Assembly: GCA_041738755.1 (NCBI GenBank)
Contig: JBGSPE010000003.1
Location: 1-60,601, forward strand
Length of the DNA: 60,601 bases
From: Minisyncoccia bacterium
GTDB lineage: Bacteria > Patescibacteriota > Minisyncoccia > Phycocordibacterales > UBA918
Direction: 5' to 3'
The position numbers were made by a program, and so were the translations under genes. Below, in pieces: positions 49,492 to 59,018 of the stretch (position 1 is the stretch's first letter; each line of letters starts with the position of its first letter). The notes below the pieces were generated by a model that had not been told where the DNA came from, did no database searches, and saw only the letters and a program-made list of their open reading frames with translations.

Positions 49492-51429
49492 ATGAAACAA
49501 ACGTTTGAAGCCCCGATTATGATTCGTGGCAAGGGCACTGGATTTGTTGCCCACCCTGACCTGACTGAAGATGTTGTTGTCGAGAGAAACTCCCTTGGAT
49601 TTGCCCTTGATGGTGATATTGTCGAAGTCGAACTTGAAAAGGCAGTCGTTGGTCGCCGCCAAGGCGGTATCGTCAAGCGCGTCGTCAAACCGGCCCACCG
49701 CGAGCTTATTGGTGTCGTAAAGGAAAAGACTGACGCTAGCAAAACCATTAAATTCCTCCAACCTGACAATAGTCGCATTCACGTTCGCCCACTTCTCCCG
49801 GCCGCTACCGGTAACGATATCGGGATGAAGGTGGTCGTTGAGATTGATAATTGGAGTGACGCAGGCCAAGAACCGGCTGCAAAAATTACTGAAACAATCG
49901 GTCGAGCCGGTGATCACGAGACAGAGATGCAGGCCATCATTCGCTCTGGTGGATTCTCAAAAGCATTTCCCGAGTCTGTTCAACAAGCTGCCCACGTTTT
50001 ATATGAAAACAAAGAACAGATTTTTGCTGATGCTTTAAAAGATCCAAAACGAAGGGATGTCCGTGGTGTAACCACTATGACGATTGACCCTCATGATGCC
50101 AAGGACTTTGACGATGCTCTCTCCTGTCAGACTCTCCCTAACGGTAATATCGAAATCGGCATTCACATCGCCGATGTGTCGCATTACGTGCGAGATGGTG
50201 AACCGCTTGATCAAGAAGCGCGAGAACGAGCAACCTCTGTCTACCTCGTAGACCGAGTAATTCCGATGTTGCCGGAAGTCCTGAGTAACGACCTCTGCTC
50301 ACTTCGGCCAAACGAAGACCGACTTGCCTTCTCAGCTATTTTCGAACTCACCACGGATGCTCATATTGAAAACGCTTGGTATGGCCAAACCGTCATTCAC
50401 TCAGACAAACGGTTTAGCTATGAAGAAGCGCAAGAAGTTTTGGACAAACAGGCTGGACCGTACTTGGATGAACTCAATATCATGATGACGCTCGGTCGAA
50501 AGCTTCGCCGAAAACGATACGCAAATGGTGCGATTGCCTTTGAGCAACCTGAGGTCAAATTTGAACTTGATGAACGCGGAGCACCGATTCGTGCTTATAC
50601 CAAAGTCCGAACCGAAACCATGATGATGATTGAGGACTTCATGCTCTTAGCGAACCGTGAAGTCGCCACCTACATCAATAACATCGCAAAATCTAAAAAC
50701 CGCGAACTGGCGTTTGTCTATCGAATTCACGACGTACCTAATCCAGATAAGATTGAAGAGCTCGCTACGTTCGTGCACGCCCTTGGGTATGAGTTTGAAA
50801 CCAAACATGGCATCGTCGGAGCGAAAGCTATCAATCAACTCATGAAAGAAGTTGAGGGTAAGCCAGAGGAAAACCTCATCAAGACTGCCAGCATTCGTTC
50901 CATGGCCAAGGCTGTGTATTCAACTAAAAATATTGGTCACTTTGGACTAGCCTTTAAGTACTACACGCACTTCACCTCCCCAATTCGTCGCTACCCTGAC
51001 CTTATGGCGCACCGAATGCTTCGTCGCCACCTTGATGGGAGCACTATCAGTGGTCAAGAAGTAGCCAAGTTTGAACAAACTTCAATCAAATCTTCACAGC
51101 GAGAAATGGAAGCGGTCTCAGCCGAACGTGATTCAATCAAATTCAAGCAGGTTGAATACATGATGAATAAAGTAGGTGAAGAATTTGCTGGCGTCATTAC
51201 CGGAGTGACCGACTGGGGCATTTATGTTCAGGAGACTGGTTCCCTCTCTGAAGGTATGGTACGGCTCGCCAGTATTAAAAGTGACTTCTTCGAACACGAA
51301 GCAAGCAAGTATCGCATCAAAGGTCAAAAGACTGGTAAGATTTACCGCCTTGGTGACGCCGTCCGAGTAAAGTTAACGAGAGCAGACAAGGATGAACGTC
51401 AGCTTGATTTTGAATTGATAACCACATAA
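49492..51429 (+). CDS. rnr: Ribonuclease R
   Basis: TIDPHDAKDFDDA, HIADVS, YTHFTSPIRRYPD and a C-terminal S1 domain. Confidence 0.96.
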   Translation: MKQTFEAPIMIRGKGTGFVAHPDLTEDVVVERNSLGFALDGDIVEVELEKAVVGRRQGGIVKRVVKPAHRELIGVVKEKTDASKTIKFLQPDNSRIHVRPLLPAATGNDIGMKVVVEIDNWSDAGQEPAAKITETIGRAGDHETEMQAIIRSGGFSKAFPESVQQAAHVLYENKEQIFADALKDPKRRDVRGVTTMTIDPHDAKDFDDALSCQTLPNGNIEIGIHIADVSHYVRDGEPLDQEARERATSVYLVDRVIPMLPEVLSNDLCSLRPNEDRLAFSAIFELTTDAHIENAWYGQTVIHSDKRFSYEEAQEVLDKQAGPYLDELNIMMTLGRKLRRKRYANGAIAFEQPEVKFELDERGAPIRAYTKVRTETMMMIEDFMLLANREVATYINNIAKSKNRELAFVYRIHDVPNPDKIEELATFVHALGYEFETKHGIVGAKAINQLMKEVEGKPEENLIKTASIRSMAKAVYSTKNIGHFGLAFKYYTHFTSPIRRYPDLMAHRMLRRHLDGSTISGQEVAKFEQTSIKSSQREMEAVSAERDSIKFKQVEYMMNKVGEEFAGVITGVTDWGIYVQETGSLSEGMVRLASIKSDFFEHEASKYRIKGQKTGKIYRLGDAVRVKLTRADKDERQLDFELITT

Positions 51430-51435
51430 AAAATT

Positions 51436-51472
51436 AAACCCCGGGATGCCTATGGCACCCCGGGGTTTTTTT
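51436..51472. terminator. Bidirectional terminator
   Basis: AAACCCCGGG.TGCC-TAT-GGCA.CCCGGGGTTTTTTT. Confidence 0.75.
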
Positions 51473-51482
51473 GCTTTTCCTT

Positions 51483-51860
51483 TTAGAAAGGTTGTCCAGC
51501 AATTACCCGAACCGGACGGGTGATTCGTCGCAGACTAGCTCGTCGATGCGGCAACTTAGCGAAACGACGAGCCCGGCGATTGCCATCTTGTGTTGCGATA
51601 GATGACCTACTCTTAGCTGTCTTCACCACGCCCCGTGTCGTTTCGGGAACTCTTTCTTCCGCCGGAAGCACCTGCCACAAAGCTTCAACAGTCTGTGACC
51701 ACGGAAACCGGGTAGGATTCTCTTCCTTGGTCAGATTTACAATCGTAGCAACCGACAGTCCCGTAAGACGAGCTAGTTTGGCATTGTTGCCATAGGCTTT
51801 GATAGCTTTTGACAACCTTTCCAGACTCTCAGGGAAGCGCGGTTCAATTTTCTTTCGCAA
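51483..51860 (-). CDS. XRE/Cro-like HTH protein with an Arg-rich tail
   Basis: NNAKLARLTGLSVATIVNL helix-turn-helix; TTG start with AGAGGA SD; TTGACA-17-TATTAT promoter. Confidence 0.6.
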   Translation of the reverse strand: MRKKIEPRFPESLERLSKAIKAYGNNAKLARLTGLSVATIVNLTKEENPTRFPWSQTVEALWQVLPAEERVPETTRGVVKTAKSRSSIATQDGNRRARRFAKLPHRRASLRRITRPVRVIAGQPF

Positions 51861-51919
51861 TGTACGTATCCTCTACTCAAAATGAAGAGGTTAATATAAT
51901 ACTATGAATATTACTTTTG

Positions 51920-53074
51920 TCAATCATTTTCTTCTTTTCTCTGCTCAAGGAGTGTGGCTGCAGCGTAGATCTTAATGACATAGTTTCTCGCATCATCCCC
52001 AAAGCTGGCTGCTGCGCCTTTATCTTGCTTGTGAGCCCACTCGATAATATCAAAAAATAATGCTTCACCGTGCAACTCCGAATCGCGGTGTTCTTCAACT
52101 TCAAAATATTCCCGCACCACTCCAGCCATACCAGCTGGTCCAACATTGTAGGCATTAACAAGCAGTCGCGGGAGAAATTCTTTTTCAAATTCTTCAGCAC
52201 CATGTCTTCGGGCTAGCTCTTTTTTGACTAACTCACCGACACCATACCGCTCACTATCGAACATTACATAGCGCGCGTTTATAAAATATGCACCCGCTAC
52301 TTCTGTCTGCTTGGCAAGTGAACGTTGCACCTCATCTGCTTCATATGGAGACAATTGCTCAATCGTTCCTGGTAACTGCTGCAAAATCCCGACTGCTCCG
52401 GCATTACTTACCAATCCATTATGGTAGCCAGATTCTTGAACTGCCAGTGCTGGTAGTAGTCTGAGCAATTCGCCCTGGGTAGCTTCTGGTAATTCTCCCC
52501 ATGTTTTGTGTGGTTCAAACTTTGTCTGTGTACGAATATATTCTTCCCGAGTCAACTGCTCTGCACCAACCACCCGCTCATCTGCGAGCGTCAATGCGGT
52601 CTCGAAATAATCTTTCATATCTGACTGCCACCACGCCAGCCTCTTTTCAAACTCTTTCTGAAATTCATTTTTGTCTTCTTGGTTCCCTCTTTCTGTATCA
52701 ATACCTTCCCGACTAGGAACAGGAATCTCAGACTTTTCATGAACCGACACATCAACACTCACTAATTCTTCAGTCGGGGATACTGGCGGATCTTCTGAAC
52801 TCTGTTGAGGCAACATTACAGCCATTGCGAGCGGCGCAATGTTTAAGAGTACATCACTAAGGGCCTTACGTTGTTCAAAGGTAAGAGAACGATTTTCAAT
52901 CGCATCAGCAATTCCACTAACACTCTCTTCAGCCTGAACAGCAATGTGCTGTACCGTATTTTTCATTGATGAAAGGAAATCCCCAACCCAATCCTCTCCA
53001 TCGACTCGCTCGTACGAAGCATACCCGCTTTCGTTCTCACCCGCTTTCTTTAATCTGAAAAATTTTTCTGACAT
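51920..53074 (-). CDS. SLT-domain lytic transglycosylase-like protein
   Basis: AVQESG (catalytic Glu), SNAGAVGILQQLPGT, AYNVGP and the terminal NYV..I. Confidence 0.8.
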   Translation of the reverse strand: MSEKFFRLKKAGENESGYASYERVDGEDWVGDFLSSMKNTVQHIAVQAEESVSGIADAIENRSLTFEQRKALSDVLLNIAPLAMAVMLPQQSSEDPPVSPTEELVSVDVSVHEKSEIPVPSREGIDTERGNQEDKNEFQKEFEKRLAWWQSDMKDYFETALTLADERVVGAEQLTREEYIRTQTKFEPHKTWGELPEATQGELLRLLPALAVQESGYHNGLVSNAGAVGILQQLPGTIEQLSPYEADEVQRSLAKQTEVAGAYFINARYVMFDSERYGVGELVKKELARRHGAEEFEKEFLPRLLVNAYNVGPAGMAGVVREYFEVEEHRDSELHGEALFFDIIEWAHKQDKGAAASFGDDARNYVIKIYAAATLLEQRKEEND

Positions 53075-53076
53075 AC

Positions 53077-55323
53077 CTATTTCGCATTTACAGCAGCCTC
53101 TTCAAATTTTACAGACAACATCTTAGAGGCTCCGTCCCCACCCATCGTAATACCGTACAAGATTCCGGCTCGACTCATCGTTTCGCGATTATGAGTAATA
53201 AGTACCAACTGTGACTTACGAGCCAGCGCTTCAATCATATCGCCATACCGCCGACTATTGGCTTCATCAAGTGCTGCATCTGTCTCATCCAAAATAATAA
53301 ATGGTGGCGGATTCACCTGACTCATCGCAAAGATTAGTGCGATTGAAGTGAGGGCTCTCTCACCTCCTGAGAGCATATCAAGTCCACGAACACGTTTGTT
53401 CGGGAGCGAAACCGACAGCTCTACCCCCAGCTGAGATGGACCTTCATCATCTCCCGCCTCATCATCAGTCTGGCGATTTTTAATCACGACTGTCTCAAGA
53501 CCAGCCGAACCACCACCGAACATCAGTGTAAAAAACGTTTGAAATTCAACCGCAATTTTTTTAATGCCTTCAGTAAACTGCTCTTCTAGCTTGGCTTGCA
53601 AGTCTGCTATCAATATTTTGAGGTTTTGTACCGAAGCTTCAAGATCGGCCAGTTCTCGCTCAAGAAATTCATCTCGTTCTTTAGCAGTTTCATATTCTTT
53701 TAATAAATCCTCAGTACCTCCAACCCCTAATTCTTCTAAGCGAATCTTGAGCTTTTCCAAGTCTCTCCGGCGAAGTCGTTGTGCATCTCTATCTTCACCA
53801 ACAATGTCTGCATGAGAAATAATCTGTCCATTACCATCAACTATTTCATGGGAAAAATAATCAGCTGCTCCACGACCAAGAAGCGTCACCGCTTCTTGTA
53901 ATTCACGCTTAAACTCATCTCGATCTCGCTCGAGAACCTGTAATTGACTATCAATCTGTCTAATAGCCGCTTCAAGGTCCCGTTCTTTTTGCATAAACGT
54001 AAACATAGATCGCTCGGCTTCTCGCTGTAATTCAAGATCGGTTACTTTAGCAGAGCGAAGTTTTACCACCACAGACTCTGCCTCAAGTACTTCAGCTTCT
54101 ATTTTCTCTGCTTTTTTTTGAACGTTCGGTAATGTGTTTGTAAGCCTTTCTAGTTCTTCCTTATCAGCTAGCGTTGGGTCCACGGTGACCGAATCATTCT
54201 TTTTTAAAAACGACCGGAGCTGGTGAACAATATCAGCCAAGGCTCGTGCCAATACTGCCTCCCCACCACGGCCAATTGCCTTTTCGGCTGACTGCGTAAC
54301 TTCTGATATAAAAGCCTCAACTTCAGCTTGTGGAATTAAACGACTATTCTCAACCGGTCGACTCGAAGCTGCCGCAATTCTACGCTCCAAGAAACTAATC
54401 TGACCTTCAATTTGACTCACTTCATGGAGTGCACCTTGGCGTTCTCGGGTCACCTCTTTCAATCTAGCCTCAGCAGTAGCAATCTTCTCAATCATCTCCG
54501 TATCTTCGGTTTGCTCGAGCGCCTTCTTGGCTTCGCTCAAAGACCGTTTTACTTCCGCCAGCTCAGTAACAGGCTCATGTCGTAGCGTAGTCAGGGTATC
54601 AAAATGATATGCCAAATAGGTATCTTCCCGCTTTAAATAGTGTGCAAAGGCTAGCTTCAATTGCTGCTGAATTTGCAGTGAACGCTCCGCTCTCTCAACT
54701 TGCTTCTTTAGATATTTTAAATGCGGAGCAGCCTCCCGCCTGAGTGACTGGACTTGTCCGATATTTTCGTGCGTCTTCTGCAGTTTTCTATCAGCTTCAA
54801 GTTTTTTAATTTGGTAGACTTTGAGACCAAGCGCATCTTCAATCATCTCGCGTCGCTCGCGCGGCCCAGCCGAGAGCACCCTATCGGCTTCACCTTGAGA
54901 AATAATATGGTGACCCGTTGAACCAATGTTGGCATTTGCAAGTAGCTCGTGTACATCTTTCAGCCGTACCGTTGAGCCATTAAGCTTGTACTCATTTTGT
55001 CCATCTCGGTGGACGATGCGCTCGATTTTTACATAGTCAAAATAGAGCGCAAACGTCCGCCTTGAATTATCGAACACGAGCTCGACACTTGCTCGATTGC
55101 CTCTTGAAATCTTTTCTGAACCACCCCAAATTAAATCTTCTCCTCGCTTACCGCGCATCGACTTGACTGACTGCTCACCAAGCACAAAGCGAAATGATTC
55201 AGCCACATTACTCTTTCCTGACCCATTTGGACCAACGATACCGGTAATTGGTACTGAAAATTCAAATTCGCTTTTTTTAGCGAATGATTTAAACCCATTA
55301 ATTGAAAGTTCTTTTAAGTACAT
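53077..55323 (-). CDS. smc: Short SMC-family ATPase
   Basis: MYLKEL..GFKSFA, GPNGSGKSN, Q-loop ISQG, LSGGE, DETDAALD and ITH. Confidence 0.88.
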   Translation of the reverse strand: MYLKELSINGFKSFAKKSEFEFSVPITGIVGPNGSGKSNVAESFRFVLGEQSVKSMRGKRGEDLIWGGSEKISRGNRASVELVFDNSRRTFALYFDYVKIERIVHRDGQNEYKLNGSTVRLKDVHELLANANIGSTGHHIISQGEADRVLSAGPRERREMIEDALGLKVYQIKKLEADRKLQKTHENIGQVQSLRREAAPHLKYLKKQVERAERSLQIQQQLKLAFAHYLKREDTYLAYHFDTLTTLRHEPVTELAEVKRSLSEAKKALEQTEDTEMIEKIATAEARLKEVTRERQGALHEVSQIEGQISFLERRIAAASSRPVENSRLIPQAEVEAFISEVTQSAEKAIGRGGEAVLARALADIVHQLRSFLKKNDSVTVDPTLADKEELERLTNTLPNVQKKAEKIEAEVLEAESVVVKLRSAKVTDLELQREAERSMFTFMQKERDLEAAIRQIDSQLQVLERDRDEFKRELQEAVTLLGRGAADYFSHEIVDGNGQIISHADIVGEDRDAQRLRRRDLEKLKIRLEELGVGGTEDLLKEYETAKERDEFLERELADLEASVQNLKILIADLQAKLEEQFTEGIKKIAVEFQTFFTLMFGGGSAGLETVVIKNRQTDDEAGDDEGPSQLGVELSVSLPNKRVRGLDMLSGGERALTSIALIFAMSQVNPPPFIILDETDAALDEANSRRYGDMIEALARKSQLVLITHNRETMSRAGILYGITMGGDGASKMLSVKFEEAAVNAK

Positions 55324-55326
55324 GAC

Positions 55327-55890
55327 CTAGAGACATTCACCACCCGAACTATAGACGGCCATCGACTGATAAAAATCAGCACTACTTGGGACACATGACC
55401 CACTCGATGCGCAGGTACTTGGACAGCGAGCAAACTCATCATCTTGTTTGATTCCTTCGGCTTGACTGGCTGCACCTTCATAACAATTGACTGCAGTTAA
55501 TTTATAAAATGTTTGACTAGAATCAACCGCATAGGTAATTAAGCACGCATCACTACCTGAGCTTTCATGAGTTGGTAATCCGGCAATATAATTTGGTACC
55601 AATCCATCAATATATCGAAACACTGAATTACAGGTACTGTCACTCGTTATGATACTTGAACCTGTAGGGTTACATTGTGAAGCTGGAAGCGGATAGGATC
55701 CTGTTTGAGCCTTGTACAGTTCAATTGCCAATTGCACTTCACTCAACGTAGTTCGCAATGCTTTATTACGAGAATTCTCTCTCGCCTCTGAAAAACTCGC
55801 CGTCAAGACGGTGACCAATATGCCGATAATAGCAATTACGACTAGGAGCTCAATCAGAGAAAAGCCTCGTTGCTTGAGATTATAAATCAT
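55327..55890 (-). CDS. Type IV pilin / GspG-like prepilin
   Basis: RGFSLIELLVVIAIIGIL class III signal; ELYK..G.YP. Confidence 0.92.
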   Translation of the reverse strand: MIYNLKQRGFSLIELLVVIAIIGILVTVLTASFSEARENSRNKALRTTLSEVQLAIELYKAQTGSYPLPASQCNPTGSSIITSDSTCNSVFRYIDGLVPNYIAGLPTHESSGSDACLITYAVDSSQTFYKLTAVNCYEGAASQAEGIKQDDEFARCPSTCASSGSCVPSSADFYQSMAVYSSGGECL

Positions 55891-55942
55891 ATCTATATTC
55901 TATCATTTATCACCTACGGTCTTCTAAGTCCTGTACACACGA

Positions 55943-56593
55943 CTACGGTATATTACAGATGACCGCTTCCGTATCACGCTCTACAATATTTGCTGTATTA
56001 CCAGAGGCAAAACCTCCCCATAAACCGTACGACGTCTGAAATATTATATTTGTTCGTTCACAATGAGCTGGCCGAGGATTGCTTGGCATAATAGCGTCAC
56101 AGATATCTGTACCGTTAATATTTGTGGCACAACTCTTGAAGTCATTAGAAAAAGCTTCCGTACTACTTAACGTATCTGCTTCAGTTTCAACAGTCAACCG
56201 CGCCATGAGTTTATACACCGTACCCTGAGCGTTGGTCGTATAGACATACCCTGAGTCTGTGCCGTTAAGTTTCGCATCACTAGGGAGAACAGGAATAAAT
56301 TCTGGCGCTAATCCCACAATGTACTGACTGTTATTACCGCCACATTGGTATGCAGTACCAATCTGACCAGACCATCTACCCGGCGCTCGACAGCCAGCAG
56401 GATACCGACCATACTTTAGCTTGTACAGCTCCAAGGCTGATTGGATGCTTCGCAAGTCAGCTTTTCGTTCCGCATCGCGAGCTTGCGCTTGGCCTTCACC
56501 GAGGTTTGCTAAAACAACCGCTGATAAAATACCCATGATAGTAATCACGACTAAAATCTCAATGAGCGTAAAACCTAAACGCTTTGATACCAT
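55943..56593 (-). CDS. Type IV pilin / GspG-like prepilin
   Basis: GFTLIEILVVITIMGIL; ARDAERKADL..ALELYK..GRYP. Confidence 0.92.
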   Translation of the reverse strand: MVSKRLGFTLIEILVVITIMGILSAVVLANLGEGQAQARDAERKADLRSIQSALELYKLKYGRYPAGCRAPGRWSGQIGTAYQCGGNNSQYIVGLAPEFIPVLPSDAKLNGTDSGYVYTTNAQGTVYKLMARLTVETEADTLSSTEAFSNDFKSCATNINGTDICDAIMPSNPRPAHCERTNIIFQTSYGLWGGFASGNTANIVERDTEAVICNIP

Positions 56594-56623
56594 TTCGAAA
56601 TTATATCACGGAGTTTGCTCTCC

Positions 56624-57340
56624 CTAAGAAGCTTCCCACCCTTTCGTTTCAATTGCCCGTTCAGCTGCTTGTTGTTCAGCTTCTTGTTTCGAGCGGCCAG
56701 TTCCTTCCGCAATCATTTGATTACGAAGATATACTCCAACTGTAAAAATACGGTCATGGTCTGGTCCTGTTTGTCCCGTTGTCTCATAGGTTGGTGTTAC
56801 TGAGGCATGTTCCTGAGCGAGTTCCTGAAACCGACTCTTAGCGTCCTGCCACAACCGCTTCTTCACAATCTCATCAGTTCGTCCATAGAGTCTTCCGGCG
56901 ATAAAGGTTTTGGCTGCATCATACCCTTGATCTATATAAATAGCTCCAATACAGGCTTCAAACACATTAGCCAAAATATACTGTCGAGCACGCCCAACAT
57001 CTTTTGACTCTCCTTTCGACATGAGAAGGAATTCGTTTACCCCGAGCTTCTCAGCAGCGATTGAGAGTGAGATGGTATTAACGAGAGCCGCCCTGATAGC
57101 GGTGAGCTCGCCTTCTGGCTTATCTGGATACTCGTGGAAAAGATAATCAGTTACGACTAATTCTAGTACAGCATCGCCCAAAAATTCGAGACGTTCATTA
57201 TGGTCCCACGTTGCTTCACGGTGCTCGTTAAGATACGACCGATGAGTTATAGCAGTCAGTAAGGTCGTCGTATTAGCAAATGTGACACCGAGTATTTTTT
57301 GGAGTTTTTCTAAATCAGTCGTTAAGTTTCGGTCTTCCAT
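56624..57340 (-). CDS. rnc: Ribonuclease III
   Basis: NERLEFLGDAVLE signature and a C-terminal dsRBD. Confidence 0.98.
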   Translation of the reverse strand: MEDRNLTTDLEKLQKILGVTFANTTTLLTAITHRSYLNEHREATWDHNERLEFLGDAVLELVVTDYLFHEYPDKPEGELTAIRAALVNTISLSIAAEKLGVNEFLLMSKGESKDVGRARQYILANVFEACIGAIYIDQGYDAAKTFIAGRLYGRTDEIVKKRLWQDAKSRFQELAQEHASVTPTYETTGQTGPDHDRIFTVGVYLRNQMIAEGTGRSKQEAEQQAAERAIETKGWEAS

Positions 57341-57385
57341 ATTCAGTAGATTGGTTTAGGGTTGATGTATTTTGGAACACTAGCA

Positions 57386-58288
57386 TTATTTACTTCCCCT
57401 GCCAACTAGCATCGTGATGGCCTTGGTCACAATCGGGAGAATATCTTCGTAAAAGTTCAAATCAAGGATTTCTGCCACCTTAAACCACCGCGCGTCATCA
57501 AGTCCGCCCTTTTTGGCCAACGTTACTTCTTGATACGGAGCTCTCGCCAAAAAATAGTGGACTTGCTTTCGAACCTTACCTACCTCTGGCTGTGAAGCGA
57601 TGTATTCATTATTACCCAGCTCAGCCTCAATCACGACTGGCAAACCAATCTCTTCTTGGAGGGCTCGCACTGCTCCTTGTTCTACAGTTTCTGATTCAGC
57701 TACCTTACTCTTTGAAAGCGTCCAGTGACCGAAGATATCATGAACGAGAGCCAGGTACATGTGCCCGTCGGCCTCAGCATATACGACCGCTCCCGAGAGC
57801 CGTTCAATTGGCATCTGTTCAAATGGTACATCCTTTGGTCGCTTCTTCCCTGTCTCCTCTTTGCCTGGCTCACCGATTTCTTTGTAGACAGCACCCAGTA
57901 CCCCGTTCACAAACCGACTGCTATTATCTCCACCGAATTGTTTAGCGAGCTCAATTGCTTCGTTGATGGCGACTTTAGCGGGCACTTCTTTCCGGTCAGA
58001 AAATAAAAGCTCATAGAGGCCAAGTCGAAGAATGTTTCTATCAACCGGTGAGATACGGTCAATTGGCCACTCTGGAGCAGCTTTCTCAATGACTAAGTCT
58101 AATTCTGGTTGCTTTGCCATTACTCCATCAAGGAGCTTTGTCATAAACGGCAGATCTGTTTTGTTTGGAGCGAATTCAGTGACGTTTCGTATGAGGACTT
58201 CGTGAACAGCTTTTTTTTCTAATGCATTTAAATCCCACTCAAAAAGTGACTGGAGGACGATACTGCGTGAAAGATGTCGATTTGCCAT
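57386..58288 (-). CDS. nusB: NusB fused to a C-terminal (degenerate) NUDIX domain
   Basis: RHLSR..LQ.LF, DRNILRLG.YEL, VAINEAIELAK and FVNGVL, followed by WTLSKSK..E...GAVRALQEEIGL. Confidence 0.92.
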   Translation of the reverse strand: MANRHLSRSIVLQSLFEWDLNALEKKAVHEVLIRNVTEFAPNKTDLPFMTKLLDGVMAKQPELDLVIEKAAPEWPIDRISPVDRNILRLGLYELLFSDRKEVPAKVAINEAIELAKQFGGDNSSRFVNGVLGAVYKEIGEPGKEETGKKRPKDVPFEQMPIERLSGAVVYAEADGHMYLALVHDIFGHWTLSKSKVAESETVEQGAVRALQEEIGLPVVIEAELGNNEYIASQPEVGKVRKQVHYFLARAPYQEVTLAKKGGLDDARWFKVAEILDLNFYEDILPIVTKAITMLVGRGSK

Positions 58289-58415
58289 ACGAATGTACTA
58301 AAGTTCTATTACTGCATCAAGTGTATCATCTCTTATAAAACTTCAATGACCTTAATCCCCAAACAAAGACACGTTGTATCCTGATAACACAAAGTCCCGG
58401 ACTCGGGACTTATGA

Positions 58416-58694
58416 CTATGATTTGTTTGCTTCAGCCTCTGCTTCTGGAGTAGTTTCGCCATTTTGGGAACGAATCATGTCTCGCTTTGCTTCGATTCGA
58501 GCTTCTCGGGCCTTTTTCTTGCTAGCAAGGTCTACCACCATTTTCCCGTTGTAAAATCCACAGTTCAAACACATGTGGTGTGGTCGGTGCTTGGCAGCAC
58601 AGTTTTGACACACCGAAAGCTCAGGCGCTGTAAGGGCGTGATGAGACCGGCGATTGGCGGTGTGTGACCGCGTGTGACGCATTCGAATTACCAT
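58416..58694 (-). CDS. rpmF: 50S ribosomal protein L32
   Basis: RRSHHAL and CQNC..PHHMC..CGFY. Confidence 0.96.
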   Translation of the reverse strand: MVIRMRHTRSHTANRRSHHALTAPELSVCQNCAAKHRPHHMCLNCGFYNGKMVVDLASKKKAREARIEAKRDMIRSQNGETTPEAEAEANKS

Positions 58695-58730
58695 AGTGGC
58701 AGAACTATATCAAAACGGCCTAAAAAAGCA

Positions 58731-58776
58731 ATAGCCACCGTAAACATAAGCCTAGGCTTATGTTTACGGTGGCTAT
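58731..58776. repeat. Perfect 46-bp palindrome
   Basis: ATAGCCACCGTAAACATAAGCCT|AGGCTTATGTTTACGGTGGCTAT with no spacer and no mismatch. Confidence 0.9.
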
Positions 58777-58795
58777 ACCAATAGGACCAGGAGAC

Positions 58796-58972
58796 CTATA
58801 TTTTAACGTCCCAACCGCGGTTGCGGACAATCTCTTGAACCTCCTCAAAAGTAGCTGTTGATGGTTTATGCAAACGAGACTCAAGTTGTCCTGCCAAACC
58901 TGGACAATGTCCGTCTCTTACGACACGATTCCGAGCTTCTATCGAAAGTCCCGGTAGTGGTGTAGTCGCCAT
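58796..58972 (-). CDS. Putative 58-aa orphan protein (not in the ORF track)
   Basis: MATTPLPGLSIEARNRVVRDGHCPGLAGQLESRLHKPSTATFEEVQEIVRNRGWDVKI, with G-rich SD-like sites upstream. Confidence 0.4.
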   Translation of the reverse strand: MATTPLPGLSIEARNRVVRDGHCPGLAGQLESRLHKPSTATFEEVQEIVRNRGWDVKI

Positions 58973-59018
58973 AAGATCCCCATGTACATTCCCCTCCTAA
59001 CCTCTCGCTAGGTGGAAT

